From contig CP154954.1 of assembly GCA_039621445.1 (NCBI GenBank), positions 15,147,805 to 15,211,804 on the forward strand: a DNA stretch of 64,000 nucleotides, read 5' to 3'. Of this stretch, positions 11,360-22,732 are shown piece after piece (positions within the stretch are counted from its first letter, which is position 1; each line of letters begins with the position of its first letter). The DNA comes from Euglena gracilis. Lineage: Eukaryota. The position numbers and the translations under genes were made by a program. Under the pieces are notes generated by a model, which ran no database searches, was not told the origin of the DNA, and saw nothing but the letters and a program-made list of their open reading frames with translations.

Positions 11360-11821
11360 ACCGGTGGGTGGGGACGAGGAACTCCCTCAGGAAGGCGAGA
11401 ACGTGAAGGATATCCTCTACGCTGCTCTACCTGCACCGGCACAGCCTCGGCCAGACGAAGCACCCACTGAGGATATACCTGTGACTGCAACGCCTGTCCC
11501 GACGGCTGAGCCTCAACCCGAGGTGACTGGTATGGTCGTCGAGGATATCCTCGAAGAACCTACCAGCCCCGCAGCACGCACCTCATTAGGAGGCCGCGTG
11601 CTCGGCGCCGTAGTCACCGGCATTACTGCCGTGGCTGCTGCACTAACGCCACGAGGTGGATGCGTAGCATCAAGCTCCGCCGCTGAGGTCGTGGAGATGC
11701 CGGATGTCGGCGTCCCTGCACCCCCATCTCCGGCAGAAGTGCAACCACCGTTAGGGGATGAACCCCTGCCGACAGAGACAGCTGTCGCACGGCTACAACG
11801 GAGGTTCCACCTCCCTAGCAC
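11360..11821 (+). mobile_element. Family A copy A1, right part (ORF Z Pro/Ala-rich segment) up to the gap
   Basis: Matches 40442-40900 and 54276-54740. Confidence 0.85.
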
Positions 11822-11834
11822 NNNNNNNNNNNNN
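11822..11834. other. Assembly gap (13 N)
   Basis: Run of n characters. Confidence 1.
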
Positions 11835-12004
11835 CAACCTCCCAGAAAAAGCGCAGGCACCGCCCCGGAAACACCCACCCCCCCCCCGCTGTCGGTGGTT
11901 ATCCACGACGGCGAGGACCCCCACGGGCCCTCGGCCCCCCGGGACTCGCCGGTCTCGAGGGCGACCGGCGGCGCACAGTGGGGGGTGGCGGCGAACATGG
12001 TCAT

Positions 12005-12240
12005 GGTCGCAGAGGTTTGTTCTGCTGGTTCTGCCAGCAGAATCATTGAGGATTTTTCAGATTCGGTGAACATTGTGGCAGAGATTTGTTCCGCTGGCTC
12101 TGCCAGCAGAATCAGTGCAAAGTTTTCAGATTCGGCTGACATCGCAAGCAAAGGTTGTTTCACTAACCCAGTCAGTGAAAATTTTTCAGAGACGGTCGAC
12201 ACGGTCACAGAGATTTGTTCTGGTGGCTGTGCCAGCAGAA
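12005..12240 (+). repeat. Three imperfect coding repeats (E[V/I]CS.G.ASR)
   Basis: cagag(g/a)tttgtt...gg.t.tgccagcagaat at about 12010, 12079 and 12208. Confidence 0.8.
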
Positions 12241-12899
12241 TGGTGCACGAGGTCAGTTTCATCAACCCAGTGGTCTGTGAATTTTAAGAAGAATCTGCAG
12301 AAATCTGCTCGTTTCCCAGCAATCTGTCCGAGTTTCAGATTGTGATGAAAATTTTCTGAGATCTGTGGCAGAAAGCTGTTTTCAGAACGAAAAGGAAACT
12401 GAATTTTCTGCAGCCCAGTTTTCAGAACCTGTGGCATCATTGCAAATCATGATGGAATCTGTGGCAGAAAACAATTTTCAGGCTGCAGAAACTTTATCGG
12501 CTTCAGGATTTTCAGAAACGACACAGGAATCAGAATCTGATTCTGATTCGGGGAGGGGGTCATTTACATGCATTAGGCCCATCACGGTGGTAGGGCCAGA
12601 AAATTTACAACTGGTTCCACTGCATGGCAGTGACGACGAATCAGACCCCCCAGGTTGTGAAAGCGAATCAGAGGAAGAAAAACAGGCTGAAAACGCAATT
12701 ATTCAGCAAATGGTTATGCAAAGAATGAAAGCTGCTGGCATGTGGCCAGTAAATTTTTCAGGTTTTCAGCAAATTTCTGTGTCGTCACGAGACAGCAGCC
12801 CAGGGCCAGAACAAAAAATTTTGTGTTTAACAGCCCAGCCAGAACCATTGCTGTTAACACAGAGTTCAGAATCGCAGTCAGCACAGCCAGCTGCAGCCC

Positions 12900-13265
12900 A
12901 GCTGCAGGTTTTTCAGCCAGCCCAGCCGTTTTCGGCTGAGATATCTGTCCCAGCCCAGATTCCTGGGCAGGTTTTTCACCCAGCCCAGCAGTTTTCGGCT
13001 GAGTCATCTGTCCCAGCAATCATGGAGCCAGCCCAGATGACTTTACAAGGTTTTTCAGTCCAGCCCAGCAGTTTTCGGCTGAGTCATCTGTTCCAGCAAT
13101 CATGGGGCCAGCCGAGAGGACTTCAGAGTTTCTACATCCAGCCCAGCAGTTTTCGGCTGAGTCATCTGTTCCAGCAATCATGGGACCAGCCCAGATGCAT
13201 GGGCAGGTTTTTCAGCCAGCGTTAACAGTGTCTTCAAACACAGGCCCAGCCCAGATTTTTCAGCC
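12900..13265 (+). repeat. Four or more imperfect 60-80 bp coding repeats (PAQQFSAESSVPAIM)
   Basis: cagcccagc(a/c)gttttcggctgag recurs near 12917, 12981, 13061 and 13139. Confidence 0.85.
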
Positions 13266-16158
13266 AATTCAGCCAGATTTTCCACAGACCCAGCCACAGA
13301 ATTTACAGCCAAACACCAGTTTTTCTGCAGAAACTGGGTCCGAAAACCCTGAAAATCAGCATGATGTGGAAATGGAATCGGGCTATGGCCAATCTGATGA
13401 TGATTGGAACAACTGGGGTGAAGAAATCAGTTGCAAAATTGAATGTTTACATGGCAGACTTTTGGTGCAGGAAGGAAAAAATCCTGAAAAAACGGCTGAA
13501 AATCTGGTGGGGGAGGCAGAAAACAGGCTAAATCAGGCATTGGCCATGTCACAGGGGCAGACATTGAATCTGGTCAATGAGGCATTGGGCATGCATGATG
13601 GGCGAATGGCTGATCACATTGCCATGGTGAAACGTGAAATTCAGGCTGAACTGAGTGCAACTGTAAACGACTTGCTTTTGCAGTTTCAGCAAAATGGTGA
13701 AATGGTGCAAAATCTGGCCCAATGCCAAAGGCATTTGTTGAGTGTGGAAATGGAACGGCAGTTTGCTGAAAAAGTGAAGAAAGTGGAGGATGGAGTTAAC
13801 TCGTTTTTTGAGGCCCAGGTTGAGGGGTTGAGAAAAAATGAGAGGGATTTTTCTCAGAAACTGTCGATTTTGGAAAAATCTGTGGGGGAGATGCACGTGG
13901 TGGTGCAACAAGTGGGGGAGAAGGAAAAACAGCAGGAAATTGCTGTTAATCAGGTCAAATCTGCAGTCGGTGAGCTAAGCTCTGGTCTGGAGGGACGCTT
14001 TGGGATCATTTTTCAGCAATGCAAAGGTTTGGGGGAGACTGAGTGTGCCAAATTTCAGGCACAGGCTGAGAAATTGAAGGAATTTTCACAGTCCCTGGAG
14101 CGAGAGAGCAAAGCTCTGAATGATCGTTTGGGGAGGTTGGAGAATTTTCTGGGTCGGAAAGATTTTCCCATTGAGAAAGTCTGTGACCTGATTAACAAGA
14201 GTGAGGAAACAATTCGGTTGGAGGTGCAAAGGGAGTTGGGGCTGCAAACGAGAAAGAATTTGGAGGTCATTATCAGTGAAATGTTGCAGGAAAGGTTGAG
14301 GCTGAGTGAAAGGGAGGGGCAGTTTGAGAAAGTTCGGGCTGAAATGGAAAATTCGATGAAACAGCAGGTTGGAGTTTTACTGCAACAGCAGTCCAGTGAA
14401 CTTTTTAAAGAACAGCAGGAGCGGAAAAAATTGCAACAAAAGCTGGATTTATTTCAGGCTGAGTTTTTGGTGATGAAAAATCAGCAAGCTGCATCTGCCA
14501 AATCTGCGACAGTGGATCTGACAAGGGAAACGGGAGAAAAATCAGCTGGAAATTCAGAAATCGAGGAGTTTGATCTTTTTGGTTACAACGATTTACCTGC
14601 GATTGAGAAAAATCCGGTTGAAATTGAAGGCTATGAATACGCTGAACCAGGATCACATGCGACACATGTCAGGCAGGTTTGTGCACGACCTGTGGGGGCA
14701 GTGCCTGCAGGTGCAGGGCTGGTTTCATCGAATGCAGTGGCAACACATCAATTGATGAAAAACCTGGTAGCTCCAAATTTTTCTGGACAGCCAAAAGACT
14801 GGTCGTCCTTTGTGCGGGATTGGGATCAATATTTCAGGACGTTGGTTAATTTACAGAATGGAAATATGTCTGATCCACTCAAACTTCGGCTTTTTGCAAT
14901 GACTCTGGACGACACAAATCAGAAGGAATTGCAATTCCGAATAGAATTGAACGGAAAAACATCTTTCGAGGAGGAATTTGACAGGCTTGAAGGGAAATAT
15001 GCTGGAACTCAGTCCGACTGTGCCAGAAAAAAATGGTATGATGTCAACCTTGTGAACCAAGGGAAAATTACCGTACAGGAATGGCGAGATTTTGTCATAA
15101 ATTTCAGAATAGCCTGGAGACAGGTGAAAAGCGCCACAGACGATGAGGCAGAAAGACTGGTCAAGGGAAAACTGCCAAATTTAATTTTGCATTGGGTCGC
15201 CGATGAGGAGGAAAGGAAATCAACGTGTGGACCGAAAGTCAAAATGTACCCTGGAGTGCCTGCAACCGAGGAAAACATTATTTGTGCTGTGGAACGTGTC
15301 ACTGGGGAAAAGCCCTGCAAGGTTTCGAAAGTTTCACCGCTGGAGTTCGAAGTCTTTTTGCCCAACACTACAATTTGCGACAAACTGAAAGAGGTCAGTG
15401 GGAAACCAATCACAGGCACGGACAAAAGGATCAAAATTGTGGAGGAACAGCCAAAAAATGGGAGTTGAAGAAATTTTCCGTTTTGTTGAGCGAAAATTGT
15501 CTTCCAGGGCTTCTCAAGACATGATACACAGTTCCAGGGAGCCAAATGCATTTGGAAACCGGAGGGCCAGGTCTGCTAAGGCAGATCGGGCCAAGGGGTC
15601 CAGGACACCCTCCCCAACACGGTCAGCCAAGGGGGGCGAAACGGTGGCAAAACCGTCCGTTGGAAAATCAGATTCACAGGTGGCAGCTCCTGCGACCAAT
15701 GCAAACGTGAACCCCCCCGTGCAAAATCCAGTGCCAGTGATTCGATCACAGTCATTGCCACCCCCCCAGCAATCTCAATTTGGCAATGGGGGGGGATGGA
15801 GAAATGATTCTGGGTGGAATTCCAATGCCAATGCCAATTTTCAGGGAAATCAGTGGTGGCACTCAAATCAACAGAATTTTGATTCACAGTCTGGTGGTGG
15901 CAAAGGGAAAGGCAAAGGCAAGGGCAAAGGAAACAATTCTTGCGGGAAAGGAAACAATGGAAATGACTGGTCTAGGGGAAAGGGCCAGGATGGTGGAAAA
16001 GGCAAAGGAAAAGGAAGGGGGAAAGGAAACCGTTGCTAGGACAGCCGGGGTGGACCGTTGGGGGCGGGAGCCGCCCCGGGCTCGCATACCCAGCCCCACA
16101 CAAAGACATACGCAAATCCCAGGTGGCATGAGAAATGTCGTGCGAGTGAAAACACACG

Positions 16159-18372
16159 ATGAAAAATCTGCCATCCCAGGAGATCTCTGCGCAAGGTGTG
16201 TCCAGTGTGTCGGGTGTGTGTGTGCGTGACGTGCAAATCTGTGATTCAGCCCAAATCTGTAAAAAACCAGACCTCATAAGAGGTCGTGCACAGCCTTCCG
16301 TAAAGAAAAGAGCTTTAGACCTTTTTTGCGGTAAAGGCTCGGTTGGGGATTGCCTGAGAGAGCAGGGGTTTAAGGTTGTGTCAGTGGACATAAACCCCAG
16401 ATTTAACCCAACCCACTGTGCAAATATTTTGGAGTGGAGATATTGGAGGTACCCCCCCGGATATTTTCAGATCATCGCTGCGGGGGTGCCCTGTACAGAA
16501 TATAGCTTGGCCAAAACATTGGGAGTCAGAAATTTGGAGGGGGCAGATCGGCTGGTCAAAAAAACTTTGGAGATTGTCGAATATTTCAAGCCAAAATTGT
16601 GGTGGATTGAAAATCCCCGTCATGGACTTTTGCGGAAAAGACCCTGTGTTCAAAATCTGACTTTTGTCGATGTTGATTATTGTCAATTTTCAGATTGGGG
16701 ATATCAAAAGCCCACCCGAATCTGGGGGAGCGAAAATCTGAGCAAGCTACAAAACAAACTTTGTGATGGCCAGACCTGCCCGAATTTGATTCCTGGGGGG
16801 AGGAGTCACCGAGAAAAGTTGGGAGGATATGGAATGACAGTTGGCACCCAGAAAAAATGGAGGATGCCCAAACAACTGGTGGAGTATTTGTTAACCGTGT
16901 TGGAACGAAAAAGCGGATATCGTAGGGAGGATTATGCTGTTAGGAAAGTTTGTATGGAGGAAATTGAGAAGGAATTTCGGGTTAAGGCGGAACGGGATTG
17001 TTTTGCAACCAGCCAAAATGCCAGGTGTGAAAAGTTTTACGGGGAGGATGATGATGCCATGAAAAAGGATTGGGGGGCGGAGGAAACGTTGTGGATGAAC
17101 CCCCCCTGGACTTTGTGGCCTGAGGTGGCTGAAAAATTGCAAAATTCCAATTGTCGGGCAATTTGTATTTGCCCAGACTGGAATAGAAAAAAAAAAAAAA
17201 ATCTGGTGGCTATGGCTGTCAAAAAGATTTATTTTCCCAAGGGGACAAAGTTGTTTGAGGCTGATGGGAGGATTTTGAGGGGTACCCGTTGGGGGGTGTG
17301 GGCCTTGTTGATCGATAGAAGGCAACCCTCCCAGGGGGGGGCAGCCCCGGGGAAGAAAAAATTGGTGCGGCTGAAAAAAAGAATGTTGAGGGGGACGAAA
17401 ACTCGGGGAGGATCGAAGAAACTTGGGGAGGACAGACAATTGCTGTTAAGAACTCAGATTAAGTTGGCAAATGGGGAGGAAAAAACGGCCAGAATTTTGA
17501 TTGACACGGGGGCGGAGGCAAACCTCATTCGACAAGGGTTGATAGGGGAACACCTAATGTATCCTGCTAAGGACCCGTTAAGGTTTGAAACTGCCAATGG
17601 GCAAACTTTGGCGGGGGGGAGCAGATGTGCAAAGGTGAAAATGATCCTTCAACAAAATTGGAATGAGGAAAGGGAAATTGAGTGTGTGGAATATGAGGTC
17701 GAATTTTATGAGGCAAACATCAAAGTTGATGCAATTCTTTCTTATCCATGGTTGGCGGAGGCAAAACTGGGAATTTTTCCACACCACAAGGCGTTGGTGA
17801 AAGACAGCCCCGACCTGATTTTTTTGCGTGGTGTTGAAAGACGGAGGGGTCCGCAAAAATTCAGGGATGACACAAAATTTTCAGTGGACAATGTGACTGT
17901 GGCGGACGGGTCTTCGTTTGGGTTGCAAAAACTTGGTCTTTGTTTGCCATTGGAGGGGTTGGACCAGGAATTGCAATTTTTGAGCGATGAGGACCTAGGG
18001 GAGGTTGCCACAAATTTGGAGGGAAGTGACCGCCCAGTGCAAGTTATCAACCGAATGATAATTGCAAGGGAGGGGGAGGACAAAAAAGAGGAGGAACGGG
18101 TAGTCAAGTTGAGGGAACAAGTTTTGGAAGATTACCGGGGGACGGTATTTCGGTCATCGCCATTTCCAGACCCCCCCGAAAGAGGACAATATGGTTATGC
18201 ATACATACCTTTGAAGGAGGGGGCAAAGCCAACCAGACAGAAGCCTTTTTTCATGCACGGTGAGAGAAAAGAGGCACTTGAAAAAATCACACAAGACTGG
18301 CTCGACAAAAAATACATTGAGCCAGCCACAGCCAAAAATTCTGAATGGCTGTCCCAGACTTTTCCAGTTCCA
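16159..18372 (+). CDS. pol: Pol N-part, open frame: C5-cytosine MTase (about 16306-16900) + N6-adenine-type MTase (about 16930-17320) + aspartic protease + RT N-terminus
   Basis: ALDLFCG, VDIN, GVPC, WWIENP, DYCQF..KPTRIW, RMPKQLV; DCFAT..NARCEKFY.EDDDAMKKDW..LWMNPPW; LIDTGA, ILSYPW; open until the deletion junction. Confidence 0.92.
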
Positions 18373-21007
18373 ACGGGACTAGGAGGCCTGCACCGGGTAA
18401 GTTACGAGCGATCGAAAAGTGGGAGGTTCCAAAAACAATTACGGCTTTGAGAGCCTTTTTGGGATTCACAAATTATTACAATGCATACATTCACATGTAT
18501 GCGGAAGTGGCTGCCCGACTGCAAGACAAATTGAAAGTCCCCAGGGAGGTGGGAAAGAAAGGAAGTCGAAAACCTGTGGAATTTGATGGGGAGGATTTAA
18601 AAGCTTTTGAGGAGCTGAAAAAAAGGTTGTGTTCGGGCCTAATGTTGCAACGGGTAGACCCAGATAAACCCTTTGTGCTAAGGGTTGATGCCAGTGGGTA
18701 CGCCGTGGGGGCAACGTTAGAGCAAATGAAGGAGGGGGGAGGAAGACCCACAGCCCAAGATGTGATTGAGAAAAAAACTGTGCCAGTGGCTTTTATGTCT
18801 CGAAAATTGACCGAGGGGCAAAGAAAATGGACCCCCAGGGAGTTGGAGACGTACGCCATAATTTTGGCACTACAAAAATGGGAAAGTTGGATTGGATTGC
18901 AACCCGTTTTGGTTTTAACCGACCACCAAAGTTTGGAGTCTTGGACAAGGGAAGTCCTAGACACCCCCAGTGGTCCGGTTGGGAGGAGGGCGAGATGGCA
19001 CCAAATTTTCTCCAAGTATGATTTGACGGTGGGATATATCCCGGGTAAAGAAAACACCATAGCCGATATCCTTAGTCGGTGGGCATACCCAGCTTCACAG
19101 GCCCTAAGGGACATAAGTAAGCACGGGTCAGCCGAAGACAAGGATGAAATGGAAAATTTTATCCGGGAGGAAAAAGAAGAGGAAAAACAGTGTTTGGAGA
19201 TAAGAATCAAAAACCAGCCCAATTTACGTAATGCCTGGATACGGGGGGTGACAACCCGTAGTGGCAAAAACGTAACACCTGAGGAGGAAAAAGGAGAGTG
19301 CACAAGGAGGGGAACCGAGGGTGGGGTAGACCCAGGAGGAAAAGACACCCCTGTGGACACCCACTCACAAGGGCCCAGGAAAGAAAAGAAACGAGTTCAT
19401 TTTTGGGATGAGAAAGTGGGGGGGGAGACGACCCCTGTCCCGGAGACGGCTGAAAGTTCGAGGGGGGACACTCGTATGGAAGTGGGGGACGCCCTGCCAA
19501 GTACGACCCCTAAGGATATTAAGCCCGTATGGGAGCGTGATTGGGGGGAAGCATATTCCCACTGCCCCACATGGAAAGAAAAATGGGTAGCTACCAAAGG
19601 TGATTCAATTTGGCCAAAGGGCTTCAAAGTGCTAAATGGCCAATTGTTTTTCGAGGAAAAGTTGTGTGTGCCTGAAAGTTTTCAACACTTGGTGATTCAA
19701 GAAATTCACGAGTTTTTGGGGCACGTTGGCCCTGAAAAAGTTTGGAAACACATGACAATCCGTTTTGTTTGGGCTGATGAAAAGGCTGCAAAGCAACTCA
19801 ACCAAAATTGCAGCAAAAATTGTTCCACATGCCAAGCGAGTGTGAGGGGGGAGAGTTTGAAAGGACCGATCGAGTCCACACCCATACCCCCTGCACTAAT
19901 GACAAGTGTTGCCATCGATTTGTTTCGAATGCCAAGGGTTTTACACGATGGGGGGGAGTACGACACCCTAGCCCTTTGTGTGGATAGGCATTCGGGTTGG
20001 ATTGTGGGGGTTGCATGCAAGGACAAGGGATTAACCGGTGCCAAGTTGGCTAAGGAAATGGTGAAAAATCAGTGGAGGCCTTTTGGGGTTCCCTCGGTCA
20101 TCTCAAGTGACCAAGGGAGCCATTTCACAAGCACTTGGTGGAAAAACATGTGTGCACTTTTGGGGATTAGGCAGGCGTATTCCCAAGCGTACCACCACCA
20201 AGCAAACGGGAGGGTTGAGAGAGCCGGACAGCAGGTAATGGAGGTGTTGAGAAAATTGTACGTGGAGGAAAAAATTAATTGGGTTGAAGCTTTACCCCAA
20301 GTTTTGGACCGAATTCACGACGTAAAGGGGGAAAGCGGATTGAGCCCATATGAAATTGTGACTGGAAGGGAAAGACCATTAGCAGGGGTACCCTACCAAC
20401 CACCCAAAGAATGTGAGGATTCGGTGGAGTTTTTCCATAGGATGCAAGACATTGATGGGAGGGTGGCTAGGATACTCAACAAAAAGCATGAGGAGGAGGT
20501 GGCAAGGATAAATAAGGGGAGGAAAGAAATGGAACCCCTAAAGGTGGGGACGACGGTTTGGTATAGGAGACCCGAGGGGTCGGGTGAGAAGCTTGACTCT
20601 AGGTGGGTGGGACCTGGGGTCGTGAAGGGTAGAGAAGGGGAACGGAGTTATGTAATTGAGATGAAACCTGGGGTAGAGACAAAAGCTCATAGGAGTTTTT
20701 TGAAGGAATATCGGGAACCCCAAGTTGAAGGTAAGGGGGTGCCTCTTTTTATTATAAACGGACCGAAAAAGAAGAACAGGCATTACCTGATGAGTGGGAG
20801 GTGGAAAAAATTCTAAGGCACCGGAAAGGAAAAGATGGAAAATGGGAATTTTTGACCAAGTGGGTCGGATATGAGGACGGGGAGGAGACCTGGGAACCGG
20901 CTGGAAATTTCATTCACAGATTCAGTGAAGAGTTTGTGAAGTATTGTCGTGAGAAAAAAGTGAAAATGGACATAATGTCCGAATTAAAAATTGATGGTGG
21001 GCCGTAG
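18373..21007 (+). pseudogene. pol: Pol C-part: RT connection, RNase H, integrase (HHCC, DDE), chromodomain; frameshift near 20750
   Basis: LRAFLG, VDASGYAVGA, ELETYAI, LTDH; H..GH...C..C, AIDLF, SDQGSHF, NGRVER, WVGP; VEKILRHR..EFLTKWVGY..ETWEP. Confidence 0.93.
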
Positions 21008-21429
21008 GCTCTAAGGTGAGCCATAAGGCCCTGTCCAAGGCTCTACGGTGAGCCTAATGGGAAGGCAAAGTGCTGTTTTTAACCCAACACCAAAATTCAA
21101 AAAGCTGGCTTTGCACGTCCGTGTGTGTGTTTGTGCGCACATGTACACGACAGTGTGAAAGGAAGAATGTACAAATGCAAGGATTTGCAAGGAGAATGGA
21201 GAAAGGTAAAAAAAAGGCCCCGCAAGGGGGCCGGGGCACCACAGTATATTCGCTGTACGTTCGCTATATTGCCGTCCGCTGTCTCCCTTCCCTCCCTCTA
21301 CCTTACCCCGCTGCCCTTACACCTTACCCCACATTGCCGTCACGTCCCATATGGTGGTGTTGTAAGGAGTCCTTTTCAAAGCATTGGATATGTGGATGAT
21401 GTGGTTGGGAGTCCATGGTCACATAATGA

Positions 21430-21930
21430 GCCCCCCTTTCGGTTTGACAAATATCCCCCCGGCCCGAGGAGGGGGGGGGGGGCGCTTGATTTTTTAAAAA
21501 AAACCCCCCGGCCCGAGGAGGTGGGGGGGGTTTTTATTTTTTTTAAAAAAAATCCCCCGGCCCGAGGGGGGGGGGGGGGCGTTTGATTTTTGGACAAAAA
21601 TCCCCCCGGCCGGAGGGGGGGGGGGGGCGTTTGATTTTTGGACAAAAATCCCACCGGCCCGAGGAGGGGGGGGGGCGTTTGATTTTTGGACAAAAATCCC
21701 CCGGCCCGAGGAGGGGGGGGCGCTCGATTTTTGGGCAAAAATCCCCCCGCCCCAAGGAGGGGGGGGGGCCGCTCTCTTTTTTGACAAATATCCCCCCGGC
21801 CCGAGGAGGGGGGGGGCGCCAACCGAATTTTTACCAAAAATCCCCCGACCCGTTGGAAAGGGGGGGGGGCAGATCTTGGTGAAGACCCTCATGCCACCCG
21901 TGAGAAGCGGGGGGGGGGGGCAGCCAAAAA
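21430..21930. repeat. Tandem array of about 9 units of about 48 bp in the 3' UTR of element C
   Basis: Consensus aaaatc(c)nggcccgagga(g)ncgtttgatttttggac; ccggcccgagg-like cores near 21459, 21507, 21557, 21606, 21654, 21701 and 21795. Confidence 0.9.
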
Positions 21931-22134
21931 TCCATTGGTTGGTGAACTGAATCTTTCCCAAGGGTTCAAAGGCACTTGAAAGCCATAGTCCCTGAATTTT
22001 GTTTCCCGTTTGGTTGGTTCAAGGGATCATGTGTGGGACATAGGCTTTGGGTGAAGGAGTGCCGATTGGAGGAGTTTCCCCCTCTTTGGTGAGGAGGGGG
22101 GGGGGGCGAGTTTTTGTTGTCCGACTAAGGTCGC

Positions 22135-22145
22135 AAGGGAGGGGG
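22135..22145 (+). promoter_or_regulatory. Polypurine tract of element C
   Basis: aagggaggggg directly before TGTCGGCC. Confidence 0.75.
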
Positions 22146-22732
22146 TGTCGGCCGCCGGCTTTCGCCAGCAGCCAAAAATTGCCAGAAAGCGCAAATTTCA
22201 AAGTCGCGGGTAACAGCCAATCAGTTAAAAAAACCCGCGACTTAAATTGGAAGCGGGTCAAATTTCAAAGACCTTTCAAATTCTTTTTGTTCACAGAACT
22301 TGAGGGGTTTTCCCCATCATTTGGCAAAGAGGAAATACATTGAATTGGATTTGATCAATCACATTGTTGAATTGGTATTGACAGTTACATTGTTGGTCAT
22401 TACATTGTTGGTGGAGTTATTGAAGGCAATTTGGTATTGGAATCAAGGACACCCTACAACACCGCCATCACCACCGCCGCCTATATTCCCTATACCCCTC
22501 TTCCTTGCCCCAGGTTGTTTTTTTCCATCACATTCTGTCACTCTCACAGATTTCCAACATTGTGATTGCTTCCCCGGTGGGTTGGGATTCATTTCAGATT
22601 CAGTGGGTTGGTTTTTGCCTACAAGGTGTGCGTGAGAGAGAGAGAGAGAGGTGAGATTTTCACACCAAATGGCAGATTTTTCGGTGTTCACCAAATTTTC
22701 AGAAAACATTAAAAAAACGATCCAGGAGGCAT
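22146..22732 (+). repeat. 3' LTR of element C, truncated by the junction with element D
   Basis: TG after PPT; similarity to 63509-64000 starts essentially at this TG; contains a gag-like start (MADFSVFTKF, 22669) at an offset like those in the B and D LTRs. Confidence 0.75.

Larger units (their letters stand above)
11996..16039 (+). pseudogene. gag: Gag of family C (repeat-containing N-terminus, coiled coil, capsid-like core, GKG-rich C-terminus), several frameshifts
   Basis: APNFSGQPKDWSSFVRDW; core aligns by eye with B gag (LDDTNQKELQFR vs LDETGRLELQRR; GKITVQEWRDF vs GKLTLGAWREF); frameshift in A-run near 15455; TAG at 16037-16039. Confidence 0.8.
11996..22732 (+). mobile_element. Family C Ty3/Gypsy chromovirus-like element with C5- and N6-MTases; 5' LTR missing (gap), RT core deleted, 3' LTR truncated
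   Basis: gag, pol (MT-MT-PR-RH-INT-chromodomain), PPT and TG-starting LTR in canonical order; left boundary approximate. Confidence 0.9.

Noticed and set aside
16306-17320. Bacterial restriction-modification system or prophage
   Set aside because: The MTases are fused to retroviral-type protease/RT/integrase within LTR elements; no endonuclease or prokaryotic gene layout is seen
21430-21930. CRISPR array
   Set aside because: Units are tandem without unique spacers and no cas genes are present; the same applies to 33003-33320 and 61645-63508
22146-22340. Short 174-bp LTR followed by a TGGCAAAG PBS, implying a tandem dimer of element C
   Set aside because: B and D show true TGGTAGCAGAGG PBSs about 0.7 kb from their TG starts, so this whole region fits inside one truncated 3' LTR
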